Assembly (NCBI GenBank): GCA_963693365.1
Contig: CAVNZM010000002.1
Coordinates: 15,223,615-15,287,614 of the forward strand
Direction of reading: 5' to 3'
DNA from: Amoebidium appalachense
Lineage: Eukaryota > Protista > Ichthyosporea
DNA: 64,000 bases
Made by a program: the position numbers and the translations under genes. Under the pieces are notes generated by a model. That model worked only from the letters and a program-made list of their open reading frames with translations. It was not told the DNA's origin and ran no database searches. This document shows positions 1 through 37,677 of the stretch, piece after piece (the stretch's first letter is position 1; each line of letters starts with the position of its first letter).

Positions 1-283
1 CCCCCCCCCCCCCCCCCCCCCCCCTTTTTTTTTTTGTTTGGTTGGGGAGGGGGGGGGGGGGGGGGGGGGGGGGATAGGAAAGGTGATTAACAAACCGGGA
101 CGCTCTTGTTCAACCTTCAAATCACCACCGGATCTCACCCAATCCCAACAGCTTTGTTCCCAAATGTGGATGTTGTTGTTGCGCTGTTGGTTGCACCCCT
201 CCACCCCCCCCCCCACCCCCTCCCTCTCCCTCCCGCTGGGGAGGTGTTTTCCTTCATTGTCCCTTAGGCTTGACAATAACTAG

Positions 284-320
<37 letters not shown>

Positions 321-337
321 TTCCCCCTCCTTCCCAG

Positions 338-24186
<23,849 letters not shown>

Positions 24187-24313
24187 TTTGCGATGATAAA
24201 AGACGGGGTTTTATAGGTCGTGTGTTTCATGGAATGTAAATTATCTATGCATGTATCTCTTCTTCAAACTCTTAAAAGGTTTTTGGTTCTTTTTTTTTTT
24301 TTTTTTTTTGGTG

Positions 24314-24350
<37 letters not shown>

Positions 24351-24503
24351 GGTTCGAATCGAATGTGAGATGTTCCAAACTCCGGGACAATGAGCAGGAA
24401 ACTTAGGTTTAGATTCAGTACAGTCGAAATGCCAAAGGGTCTTTGATGAGTACTAACAATCAAATAATTGTATGTGCCTGATAAGATGAAGCGACACTAT
24501 GAA

Positions 24504-24580
<77 letters not shown>

Positions 24581-25536
24581 CAAACACAAACACAAACACA
24601 CACGTGTGTGGGTGTGTTTGTGTTTGTGTCAGTTGCCTGCTTGCTTGTCGCAATTGCATATCTTGTTCTCCCGTTTATTCAAGAGAAAATTATGGACAAT
24701 GTCTTGCATGGCCTGCATGCATGACTGCCGATTTTGGTTCCTTTGTAAGTAGCAGCTGCTTCAGGCTCTCCTTGTTTTTTTTTTTACTCTTTTGTCTTGG
24801 TGTTATGTTCGATTCTCTGAATTCATGCAACTCTGTCTTTTTTGGTAACTTCCTCTTCTTCTTCTTCTTTTTTTTTTTTTTTGGTATGCCGATTTGCCAA
24901 CCGAATTGCTGCACGTAAGATTCGCGAACTGATTGGAATGGCAAATCCTGTTGGCTGTCTGGCTACAGCCCAAATAAACGCTTCGTGATTAATTGGGAAA
25001 GTGGCAACCAGGTCATGCTTTTTACGGTGGGGAAACCTCAACAAAATAAAAACAATGATAACATATTCTCCTTAAAGCACCCTAACCGTGCCATTTGCGT
25101 AATGCCTGAGACGTAAACGCGGGGGGGGGGGGGGGGGGGGGGGGGGACATGAATGATTGACCCTCATTTATTTATTGGGGGGGGGGGGGGGGGGGGGAGG
25201 GGGGGGGGTCAATGACGAACTTCAACGGTGCGCGGATAAAGATAACCGGGACAATGCTTCCATAGCTCTAGTAAATATTGACTCATAGCCTGCTTACACA
25301 TAATAGTTAGCTTGAAAACCGTTAAATATTAACCCACCAGTGCCACAATAAACTTACGCATTATGTAACACCACAATGCACGAGCTTGAACTACGGGTAG
25401 TGAGTATGAGTCTTGGGTCACTTAACCGGTATCACAGATACGTGCACAGCAACTTGTAATGGGATCCGACAATTTTATACAACACTTCATCCCCCCCCCT
25501 ACCCACCCACCCACCCACCCACCCCCCCACCCCCCC

Positions 25537-25570
<34 letters not shown>

Positions 25571-25681
25571 CCCGTTCAAAAATGAACCGTTATAACCACC
25601 ACATAAACATACAAAACACCAAACCAAACCAATCCGTGAACCCACCCACCACGTGCAAACATCCCCCTCCAATCCTCCGAT

Positions 25682-26119
25682 TCAAACAACGCTGCGGCGG
25701 CCGCCGTAGCAGGGCACACAAAATCGGGGACAATTCTGAGCACACAGATAGCGATACCACACAGGCTCACTCAGGCACTCATGACGGCACCGTGCACACT
25801 GCCCACACACCATTCGATGTGTGCCCCCTTGTCTACGTGCACGTGTCAAATGCAATTTGTGTTCCGAATCGCCCTCGATCACCGCCGCCTGTGAGGAGAA
25901 AGTTCCAGAAGGTGTGTCACGTGACATGATCACGTGGGGGCGAGAGTGTAGGGGGACATGGCTATGGTGTGCTGGGGTCTCAAAACGGATTGCCTGGGAG
26001 GGAAATAACGTTGGGTTTAAGTTAGAGAAAATGTGTTGGGGGGGAGGTTAGGCGAAAGATGGGAACTGTATAGAAGGACATGGGGCATTTGGGTGTATGT
26101 TTGGCTGAAGCCTGGCGGG

Positions 26120-26161
<42 letters not shown>

Positions 26162-26239
26162 GTGTGTGTGTGTGCGTGCATGCATGCTTCCATGCCTGTG
26201 CGCGTGTGTGTGTGTACACGTGTGTGTGTGTGTGTGTGT

Positions 26240-26307
<68 letters not shown>

Positions 26308-26351
26308 GAGGGGGGAGACGATGTACCAGCAAGAGAGGGAGGGAGGGCGCG

Positions 26352-26390
<39 letters not shown>

Positions 26391-26780
26391 TCTGAAAGGG
26401 CAATGAAGATGACTCATAAACTATTAACATTATTCATACTCATTTTCGCAAACCAACTTATGTTTTTGGCAAGTTGACGTTAGGCAAGACTACTTTTCGT
26501 TACTATTCCCCCCCCCCCCCTTCCCCCCCCCCCCCCCCCCCAAACACACACGCACACACACACTGGGCCCAAGTTTGCCAAATTTGCATAATTGCCCGTC
26601 CGGTCGACCCCTGGATCCGGCTACGGTAACCCCACTTATAAACACACACACTACCAGCCTCTCCGTATCCCGGACCGCCATCATAACCCCGCTACTCCCC
26701 CGAGTCCCTCCCTCCTCCTGCCCCCCCCCCCCTCCAAAAAAAATCCTAAGAAACCTTAAAAAACCACAAACACCCCCCCC

Positions 26781-26811
<31 letters not shown>

Positions 26812-26872
26812 ACATATCTGCACCAAAGTTCATCAAATTTGTCTCCTTGCTCGGCGCCCCAGGGTTCGGCTA

Positions 26873-26920
<48 letters not shown>

Positions 26921-27064
26921 ACACACAAATACACCTTCTCTGCCCTCTTCTCCTCGCCGCTCCTCCTCCTACCCCCCTCCCCTCTTCCCCCCCCCGTCCC
27001 CCCCCTTTACCCTCACTCCCCCCCCCCCCCCCCCAAAAAAAAAAAACAAAAAAAAACGAACGTG

Positions 27065-27159
<95 letters not shown>

Positions 27160-27296
27160 ATTTCGTTTGGTGATTTACGTGCCAGCCCACGAGGTGCAGC
27201 AGCCATGACCCCAGAGAATAGAGCCACCGCAAAAGAAAGCAGAAGGAACAGGCGGGCGGGGGATGGATGTATGCACACAGTAGTAGTCCTGGCCAG
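25682..27296 (-). CDS. Secreted 8-Cys prepro-peptide, paralog A (CTG at the expected start; non-AUG initiation or pseudogene)
   Basis: Exon 1 27296-27159 (signal peptide, [23 protein letters not shown] donor, phase 0); exon 2 25993-25682 (phase 0; AIRFETP...[53 protein letters not shown]); ~149 aa. Confidence 0.75.
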
Positions 27297-27897
27297 GTTG
27301 GTGGCGTATACCGTTACGGTAATGAACAGGTGTGCTGAAGTGAGGCAAATTTCGAAGTCGAGTATGTTTCAAAGCACTCCTTTTCCGGGGAATTTCAAAC
27401 TAATAAACCCTTTTGTATGCCCGTTAAGTCACCAGTACGCCCCAAGTCGAGTCTGTAATAAGTCGTTGGCATGTTCATAGCATGCCCTCTGGACCATCCT
27501 ATTGGCACGTGCTAACGTGGATACAAACCACGTGTTTCTGTGTGTCCACGTTCGAACGAAAACCAACAAACATGTCAACTCAGTAGGACTTGGAAGCCTG
27601 TTTGAATCACCTGAGACTATACCGATGCCTACTTTGTCTACGTCATCTGTGTCATCTAAGGCTTGGTGTGACATGTACAGGTAAATATTTGACAGATGCA
27701 TGGTGGTGTCGTGTCGTGCATTTTCCTTGCATGCTGCAACACAAGACACACACAAGGCCTGGTTCCAAATCGGAGATACACGCGTGAGCTTTGGAGTGAG
27801 GCTCCTGAACAAGGTATATCACCAAATTGAACACAACTAGCAACGCATCATAGAGGGCATTATGTTTGTTTGTTTGTTTGTTTGTTTTTTTTGTTTT

Positions 27898-27942
<45 letters not shown>

Positions 27943-28877
27943 TCAAATATTTAATTATATGCTTGAAATGCTTATAACCACAGTCGATATATACCGGATT
28001 ATAACACCAACGAAGAAGCAGGCTCTAAGTTTGCCGGTTTGAGTACGTGAAAAAATTCGGTGTGTTTTTGTGTGTGTGTGTCTGGGTGGGTGGGTGGGTG
28101 GGGCCGAGCGGGAGGGGGGGGGGGGAGGGGGGGGACAGGTGTGTGTGGGCGGGGGGGGGGGGGGGGGGGGGGGGGTACAGTGTGTGTGTGTTGGGGGGGG
28201 GGGGGGAGGGGGGGTGCACGTGGGGGGGAGGGGGGGGGGGGGGAGGGGGTGGGGGGGGCAATATTCTGAGCCAAAGGGGGGATCATCTGTTTTTGAAAAG
28301 CAAAAAAAATGATGTTGACAGAATTCCAGGTGCACGTACGGTGCACGTATACGTACGTGCTGTGCACAGACAAGACCATGAGAGTATTCGATAAAAATAA
28401 TCCTTATCACCCAGCTCACTGAACACCTGTGCATGCCCCCCACATGCTTTTTACAAACTTTTCCCACGGAAAGAAAACACTGATGCATGCTTTAAAGGTG
28501 CTTTTTCCCCACGCAACCCTCTGCCAATCACCAGTTTTTTAGGGCATGCAAACAAGGTGGTGCAACCGATAAGAGATCACTCTCTCGCGGGTATAAAAAC
28601 GACATGCTAGTCGATGTCCACACACATCAGCTGAGTCGTTGTGTCGATAGAAACCTACAAGACTTCGTCAAAACGAACTTGTGATTTTTCTTGTTGCTCG
28701 CCTAAGAAAAGTTTGAGATGTTCGTTTGTTCAGCCAAATTCTTTCTTTTTCTCTCTCTCAGTGACAGAAAATACAACTTGGCGTTTATCTTTGAACCAAC
28801 CACGAAACATCCCAAAGCAAAGCATTTACCTTGATCACTCGAAAGCTCTTTTCGTCGACTGTCAAATTCTCAACAAA

Positions 28878-29636
28878 ATGGCTGCCAGCTCTCAACATTC
28901 CGCCACTTTCTGGGGCCTCCTTTTTGTTCTTCTTTTGGCATCGGTTCTGTTCTCTGGCGCCCTGGCAGCAGCACCGCGTGGGTTGGCACGTGACACAACA
29001 GAGGAAATGGTGAGTGGGGGTGATCATGATTGGGTGGGTGGGTGGGCTGTTTGATTGGGGACGTAAAGGGTGAACGGGGAGCTGTGGGTGGTGTGTGTGG
29101 GGGGGGAGGTAGGGGGGAGGGGAGGGGGGAGGGGAAGGAGGGGGGGAGGGGAAGGAGGGGGCGGGAGGGGGAGGGGCTCCGGGGGAGGGGGGGGTGGGGG
29201 GGGGGGGGAGAGTTTTCATTTCGGGTTTCCCGTTGACGGAGTGGTGCTGTTAAAAATACAAATACTATATTAGTAAAAGAAAAACACAGCACGATAAAAT
29301 GAAGGTACAAAAGCAGATTTACTGCACTGGTGATGGTCATGATACTCTTGCTGCAATAAGCATGCCCCCTTCAACTTCAATAGATTCTGAAGAATGGCAA
29401 AGACTTAGAAAGGGGTAAACAAGAGCCCTGAGTGATGCATTTTCGAGTAACAGTGGACGCGGACAATTTATTGGTTTTGGGAAAATACAAAATGGACTGT
29501 GTCTAACATCATCTTCTCCTTGGCCCCCCTGCCCCCCTCCCTCCCCTTCCCCCCCACACCCCACTCCTTCTCCCCCCTCCCCACCCCCCTCCACACACCC
29601 ACCCGTTCGCCCACCCGTTCACACTACGGTACGCCT

Positions 29637-29667
<31 letters not shown>

Positions 29668-29682
29668 CTCCCCCCCCCGCCC

Positions 29683-29727
<45 letters not shown>

Positions 29728-30137
29728 AACCTCCCCACCCCGCACACCTTTCATTCCCACAGGCCATTCCAGATGCAGACTCAGCCCCCACCTACCGCAC
29801 ACCCCGTGACACCAGCCCCTTTGCCGCCATCGCCTATGCCAACTTCCCATCCACCACCTTCGACTCTTTCCTCGCACACACTTTCTCCCAGGGGGGAAAC
29901 CAACCCAACCAACGCAACCAGCACAGTGTTGAAGAAGGCAAAAACGAAGATTTTGCACGTGTGCGCCGTCAACCCGAGATACAGGAAACGAGCGATAGGA
30001 GGCAGTGTGAGCAGTGTCTGAGGTGCCGCAGTGAGTGTGGGGGTGTGCCCATATGGTACAGATACTTGTGTGGGCAGAATTGCCCTCGTTTTTGTGTGCC
30101 GTGTGCTGGTGCAATTGCCAGGCTGGTGGGTGGCTGA
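28878..30137 (+). CDS. Secreted 8-Cys prepro-peptide, paralog B
   Basis: Exon 1 28878-29009 (MAASSQ...[21 protein letters not shown]|GTGAGT); exon 2 29763-30137 (AIPDAD...[59 protein letters not shown]); 168 aa in frame. Confidence 0.85.
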
Positions 30138-30300
30138 AAATGGGATATGTACGCGTCAAAGGGGGAGGAAAGGTTTTGGTGAGGGACGAGCGGATTGGAT
30201 TGTTTTGATGTTGTAGCAAGCAAGGGCCCAAATTGCCGTTTTACATTTCAAGTCTTTCTGTCTTTCTGTCTTTCTTTCTTTCTTTCTATTTTTTTTTTTT

Positions 30301-30348
<48 letters not shown>

Positions 30349-31118
30349 TGGAAGGAGGGGAGGGGGGAGGAGTGTAGGGCAGGGAGGAGTGGGGAAAGAG
30401 CGGGGGGAGAGGGGGGGCTGGACCTTACATTCTCTTGGTCAGTAACTGAACGGTAACCGTTTAAAAAAAATATGCCACATCATAACATATTTGGCAATGT
30501 ACTATGTTTTCAAGTGATATATTCAACGTGGCAGTCCCATTACACGCTCTAATAGGTCGGATGAAATGCAATAATGTCATGTCGTGAATTGTTAGGGGCT
30601 GCAATACTAGCCACACACGGATATTAATACTTATCATGGTTTTGTGATATGCAATAATAGCTCTGAAAATTATCAGGACCTTCGACAAGTTAACGTTTCA
30701 TTTTGTAGGCTAGGGAGGCTTGTGCATGCCGGGGACTACCTTTTTGTTTCGTGGATGGGTTTGGCCCTGCCGGAATAAACATATACACACACGACTCCGA
30801 ATTTTTGTTCCTGTGCAGGCCACCAAAGGAGGGGGGGGAAGGGGGGGGGGGATACACTGAGGCACCGAGAAGGAGGACTTGGGTGATAACACAAGCAGAT
30901 GTAATTAGGAGCCCCCTCCCCCCCCCCCCCCCCCCCCCCCCCCCCCACACACACACACAGACACACTCCCCTCCTTTCCTCACACACGCGCACACACACG
31001 CATCCACACTCACACACACCTCTCTCCCGCCCAACAATCCCGATCCACCTCACCTGGGTAGAAGGTTTTTGAGGGGTGTGAGGTGGTGGTGAGGCTTTTC
31101 TTTTTTTCTTTCTTTTTT

Positions 31119-31149
<31 letters not shown>

Positions 31150-31648
31150 GTGAGGGGGTGGGGGTGGGGGTGGGGGGGGGGTGGGGGGGGGGGAGGATAA
31201 TGGCAGCTTGTCAATGATTTCATTGTCTTTCCCCCCCCCCCCCCCCCCCCCCCAACCCAAAGCAACGGCCCTGAGCCACTGCAAAGAACACATTCAGTGG
31301 CACACGAATATACAGTCGGCCCAGTACACACATTACTGTGCATGCCACTGGGAAGGATCCGGTCCCGGAAGAGCTCGTTTTAGTGTTTTTGGAGAGGGAA
31401 CCCTCTTTTTTGTAAGTTTTCATGGCCTGTTTGCCCAGCCTAGGTACATAATGGCCGTAGATGCCCCCAGGATGTGCAACACTTATAAGTATTCTCATTT
31501 CTTTTCCTCTTTCCTTTTTCATTTGAAAGGAGTAGGGGGCCGGGGGGGGGGGTGGGGGGTGGGGGGGTGGGGGGGGGGGGGGGGGGGTTGAATGCAGATA
31601 GTTCATAGGAGACCCACCAGCGGCAGTGCCACACCTATGACAGTGTTT

Positions 31649-31679
<31 letters not shown>

Positions 31680-31893
31680 GGGAGGGGGGAGGGGGGAGGG
31701 GGGAGGGAGGGGAGGGGCGGGGGGAGGGAGGGGGGGAATAACCCCCCGGATTTCAATAATGCCAAGCACAAGTTGAATCACAGCAGGAAAAATAATTTAA
31801 AAAAAGGGCCTGTTATGTGTGGTTGTGTTGGAGGTGGGGGAGGCGGGGAGGAAAAGGGGGGGGGGTGCGGAGGTGGGGGGGGGGGCTGAGACT

Positions 31894-31941
<48 letters not shown>

Positions 31942-32000
31942 GTGCACACACACACACACACACACGCACGCACGCACGCACATACACACACACACGCACG

Positions 32001-32131
<131 letters not shown>

Positions 32132-32938
32132 GCACACACACACACACAACACACGCACACAAACTTCGACACACACAAACAGAGGCGCGGAGGGAGAAAG
32201 AGAGAGAGGCTCAGAGAGGAGGGTGGAGAGAGAGAGGGAGACAGGGAGAGAGAGAGAGAGATTGAAAAGAGAGAGAGGAGGAGAGAGAGAGAGAGAGAGA
32301 GGAGGGGAGATGAGAGATAGGTAGAGCCGGGGGAGGGCGTACCACGGAAGAAGGGACGGAGCTGCAGTCCGAGGGGCGAGGGGGGGGGGGGGGGGGGGGG
32401 GGGGATGGTAAACAAAAATGGTCCCAGTATTTACCAGTAGCGCCCCCCTCCCCCCTCCTCCTCCCCTCCTCCTCCCTCGCTCCCTCCCTCCCCCCCCCCC
32501 CCCTCCCCCCCCCCCCCCCCAACCCCCCCTTCCCCCTCGACCCCCCTCGGCCCTCCTCGGTTCGCTTACATACACGAACGCTGCGGCCCACACCGTTTTA
32601 ATTTTACATCACTCCAACAAGGTCAAAATAACTTAATATTCCAACATGTCATAATAACTCAAATAGGGATTTAGCCGTTCAAAACGGTTCATGAAATCAG
32701 TATATCTTTGCCGTTACACCTGATCGAAAACCCTACAGCTATTCCCCCCATTGCATACGCGTACGGTTTGAATCATACCAACCACCACTGTGAAAAAAAG
32801 GGTTATCACCGCAGGCCCACAAATCTTTCAAGCTGACGTACATCAGTAAAATTCGCTTGCGCAGGTATGTACATAATAACGCGCCCTGATTCTCTTTTCT
32901 GGAACTTTGCACTTTTCCCACTTAGTCCACCAAAAGAA

Positions 32939-34198
32939 TCAACGCTGGCGGCCCCAAGAGACACACGGCACACAATAGCGAGGGCAATTCTGAGCACATA
33001 AATAGCGATACCACACAGGCACACCGGCACACTCACTGCGGCACCGTGCACACCGCACACACTGCGAACGCTGGCGACGGATCCGAAAGTGAAAGGGGTT
33101 TTCAGGTGCAGCCACATGAAGTTCAGAGATAGAAACGGTGGGAGGGGAAAAAATGGAAGCTGAACGCTCCCCCATGAGAGAGACGGAGGGAGCGCTTTCA
33201 GCCGAGAGAATAATGTTGGTGGGTGTGTAAACCGAGGCACCGGGCACATTGGTGTGAAGGTTGTGGTGCATCACGTTGTAGCCCCCCGTTTTGAGAAACA
33301 TGGGCTTGGTGGCTGAATGGCTGTAAACAGCAGCAGGCATGCCGCCCATGGAGACAACCTACAATAGAAAGTGCCGTTAGGGAGTATTTGGCGACTATTA
33401 TGTATGGCTGCCGCACCTTTAGCACCCTAACTAGGGTGCAGTCAGTGCTGTGTGGAAGACGCTAGTTCCATGAGGGCCCCGAAGGGGGGGTCCCTCCGGG
33501 AACAAAAGGGGTTTTTTTTTATTTTTTAAAAAAAGACTATCTATGTATGCGTGTGGCAGGATGATGTACGTGGGTATGCCATTGAAGTACACATATGCAT
33601 GCTGAACCGCAGGAGTCATGACTCCCGCCATCCCCCCTCTTTTTGTCAAGCGAACTTATCCTTCTCTCTTTCCCCCCCCCCCCCCCCCCCCCCCCCCCTC
33701 CCCCCCTCCCCCCCCCCTCGTACACCCCCCCCCCCCCCCCCCCCCCTCCCCTCACCCCGCACCCTCCTCTGCCCATCCCACCCCTCTCCCCCCCCCCCAA
33801 AAAACAAAAAAAACAAAAAACAAAAACAAAAAAAAAATAACAACTGCATGGTCAATGAAAACAATGACTTTAGTAGGACTTGTGCCAGCAGCAAAAACGC
33901 CATCCAAGCCTTTGTTCTTTTCGACTACTCCAGGATTTTTATTTAGACCACAGTCTTTGCAAGTCACTGCTATGCATTTGCCCCAATTGTTGGAACATCA
34001 ATTGTCCAAAACAGCAACTTTGTCACAACCATTCTAGTATATGATAATCTATGTATAGGCACGCACCTTTTGTTCCTTTTGTGTCTCGCGTGCCAGCCCG
34101 CGAGGTGCAGCAGCCATGGCGCCAGAGAACAGAGCCACCGTCAAATAAAGCAGAAGGAGCAGCACGCAGAGGGGACGGAAAGGAATCGAGGCGGCCAT
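32939..34198 (-). CDS. Secreted 8-Cys prepro-peptide, paralog C
   Basis: Exon 1 34198-34067 ([44 protein letters not shown]|GTGCGT; not in the ORF track); exon 2 33358-32939 (VVSMGG...[48 protein letters not shown]); 183 aa in frame. Confidence 0.85.
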
Positions 34199-35355
34199 AG
34201 TTGACGAGGGTGAAAGCCACAGGACTCTAATTTGCTACAGTAACCTATTGAATCAAAAGTTTCGAAGGATTTCGAAGGCCGTGCAGGAAAAGCGCCCGGG
34301 CCCACTACTTTGCCAAGGGAGTATCTTCGTCAGTTGCAACTGCATGCATGACCTTTTTAGTCAGAAAATGCATCAAACAGCACCATAAAAGTAACCGCTT
34401 GCCCATCAGGTCAGCCTGAAGAATGCATTTCTGTTCAGTCCCCGTACAGTTCCGGCACAGAGTTCGAAACAGTCACCCTCACAGCTTCATGATCATCAGC
34501 TGGCCATCGGATGATCGCCCCAACCAAGCCTTTCACCAGGTCAAGTTTCAGAGGTAACGTGTGAAAAAGCAGCGTACTCAGGGTCAGCTGGGTGCACACG
34601 TCATTGACAACTCATACCGTGTTGTTATTCGACCAAGGTCCAAGTGCACCAACGTCAACATTTTCATTCAAATGCATGCATGCATGCCTCTGCGCACGTA
34701 CCAATGTTTTTAAACAGAGGAAAACCCTCAAATATAGCAATTGTGCCAAGGTGTGCGTTGCTCGTTAGGCGTTCTGTCACACATAGCCTACATGATAAAC
34801 ATGCACGTGGTAGTGCCACCCAGGTGACTGCACATGTACCTCGGAAGTGCGCACTGCTGCACGGCCCCTGCGCCAGAGGGCCCTGGGCTCCTTTTCCCCG
34901 GAGGCCCTTCATCGTCATCTGTTGATAGTAGCTAAATAAGGTGATACTTGGTAAATGAGCCAAATATAGATTTGCAGTTTAAGATTTGATTGGATACGAA
35001 CAATCCTTCACATGGCCTTTTTGATTGGCTATGTTGTGGAGCACGGAGAATCTGGATCCAGATTGAATTTCCAGCTTCCAGAGTTCTCAGTCAGTCGCAG
35101 ACTCGCAGTCACTCGCAGTTCCGACACAGAGCTGAGCTACAAGCTGTCAACTGAGCTGAACTATATAAGTTTTGTGGTCTCTCTCTGAGAGGATGACTTA
35201 AAGACGCGCGCACACGAACACGGATGTTTTGACACACGCAGACGCGCATGTATACGCTCGCACACACACATACAGAAGCACAAACACGTGTCTTTCGCCC
35301 ACACCGCCCATTCACAGCCCCCCTTTCTCACATTCCGCCTGTCTGCCCTTGCAAC

Positions 35356-36262
35356 ATGCACCGTTACCAGTTTGTAGGCTCCTCATGTTCAGGAAAAACA
35401 ACTGCAGCCAAAAACCTAGCTTCAATTCTCAACCTTCAGCACACTGAGCTAGACAACCTACATTGGAAACCAGACTGGGAGTCTCACCCCAAGGATGAGT
35501 TTAGACAGATTGTGAGGGAGGCAGTGAGGGGAGAGGAGTGGGTAGTGGATGGGAACTACAGCGTGGCTCGAGATGTGGTGTGGGAAAGAGCACCTGTAAC
35601 GGTCGTCTGGTTGAACTATTCACTGCCTACGGTGCTGTGGCGTTGGGCAAAGTAAGTGTGATGGTGTATGTGTGGATGCAATACTTATCCCATGTTCACC
35701 TTTACGTTGCACGCACTATCGATGCATCTTGGGTTGAGGATCTGCCCATGCCAGTGGATTGAGCCCACGCAATAGCAGGCTATGACTTGTTGTCTTTTTC
35801 GGTTTGATTGAGTAAGGCTTCTCGTGTTCTAATGTGCAGTGCGAAGTCACCTCGTTTTAATGCACACAGCCTGATTCCGATTGTGTGCATTTCCCACTCG
35901 CATAAGTCGCACTCCTAAATCGTTTCCCACTCGTTCACCCGCTTTCAACTCTGGGTTATGCTTGCGCACAGGATGGCATATTTTCGTGCCTGTGTTATCA
36001 CGTTTACCAGACTTAGACATGAACTCAGCACTTGTGCAAGGCGAATGTGCTACTTCCGGCAGAAACACGAGACAAAACTCCATCCCAGCCTCCCTTTCCC
36101 TCTTTGTCAGCATTCATGCAAAACTTATGTGTGGTCGTAACAGACCCTTGTCTTGGCATCCTCGGCCTTCCTTTTCCCTCCCATTTTTTTTTCTTCTTTT
36201 TCCGCCCTGCTTTCTATGTCGATAGTTTTTCGCCCGCTGTTGCATACAGGCACTGATTTCCT

Positions 36263-36297
<35 letters not shown>

Positions 36298-36308
36298 AAC
36301 CCCAACAC

Positions 36309-36340
<32 letters not shown>

Positions 36341-36357
36341 TCACGCACGCACACACA

Positions 36358-36389
<32 letters not shown>

Positions 36390-36690
36390 CATGTAAGCAT
36401 GTGCCTACAAAAAAATGAGTCATTTTGCTGTGCTCTCTCCATTTGTTCTCTCTCAAATTATTGGCCCAATATGGTGCGACATAATGGTGCACGCGTACAC
36501 GACAGTGTCCATCCAAAACAGTGTGTAAAAGGAATCCGCCTTACCCCTCCCTTGCAAGCCCCCCTCCCCCCCTCCCCCCCTCCCAAAAAAAAAAAAAAAA
36601 AAAAAAAAACCCTTCCCCCCTCCCCCCTCCCTTTTGCCACTCACCCACACCCTAAAAACCATTTTACAATATCAATAGTCTCATCCCCCC

Positions 36691-36734
<44 letters not shown>

Positions 36735-36800
36735 CAAACACCACACACACACACCGTGACAGACAAACGTGCTCATAACACATTCAGGGACATGCTGATC

Positions 36801-36854
<54 letters not shown>

Positions 36855-36880
36855 CCCCAACAAACACACCGTGACACACA

Positions 36881-36912
<32 letters not shown>

Positions 36913-37138
36913 TGCACACATTCTCTCTCTCTCTCTCTCTCTCCCCCTCCCCCCCCCCCTCCTCTCCCTCCCTCCCTGCCTCCCTCTCTCCCCCCCCCCC
37001 CCCCCCTCTCTAGAGCTCTCTCTATAGATCCCCCTCTCTCTTAATCTCTCTCTCTCTCTCTTTCTCTTCCCCCCCTCCCCCATCCTCTCTCTCCCTCTCG
37101 CAACCTCTCTCGCTCTCTACCCTCCCTGCCCCTCTCAC

Positions 37139-37172
<34 letters not shown>

Positions 37173-37677
37173 ACCTTTCTCTCTTGTCTCGCTCCCTCTC
37201 TCACTCTCTCGGTTTCTCGTCCTCCCCCCCCCCTCCGCCCCCCCCTCCCTCCCCTCCCCCTCCCCTTCCTCCCCTTCCCCCCCCCCCCCCCCCCCTTCCC
37301 CCGCCCCCCTTCCCCATTTTCCCTGGGTCCCCTCCCCCTCCCCCCTCCCCCCCCCCCCCCCCCCCCCCCCTCAATCCCCCCCTCCCACACCCCACACCTC
37401 TAACATTCCCAAATCTCACACCCGCAGGCGCACATTCCAACGTGCAATCCTGAAACACCCTTGCTGCAACGGAAACTACGAAACTCTTTGGGGAGTGTTT
37501 TTCCACCGTGAAGCGCTGATATGGTGGATACTGTCTACGTGGAATAGAAGAAACATAACAATGCGCAAAATGATGAATGGGGATGCACCCCCTGGGATAA
37601 CGTTTATTGAACTGAAAAGCCCAAAGGAACTGGAGGTGTGGTTGGGTGAATTGGAGAGAAAACACAAAGGGCAATGA
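35356..37677 (+). CDS. P-loop nucleotide kinase, FlaR / DNA topology modulation protein / adenylate-kinase-related family
   Basis: Exons 35356-35651 and 37428-37677 join in frame (phase 2, GTAAGT...CAG) to 181 aa; Walker A GSSCSGKTT, ELDNLHWKPDW, WVVDGNYS, CCNGNYET. Confidence 0.85.

Noticed and set aside
26560-26875. Two unique-sequence islands in the paralog A intron as extra exons
   Set aside because: No phase-consistent path found; the two islands resemble each other (GTAGCCG..CC.GGGG on -) and look like degenerate repeat fragments.
33850-34035. Minus-strand Cys-containing frame with in-frame TGA (DN*CSNNWGKC) as a possible selenoprotein exon of paralog C
   Set aside because: It would need a ~32-nt intron, has no counterpart in paralogs A/B and no SECIS was seen; exon 1 already joins exon 2 in frame.
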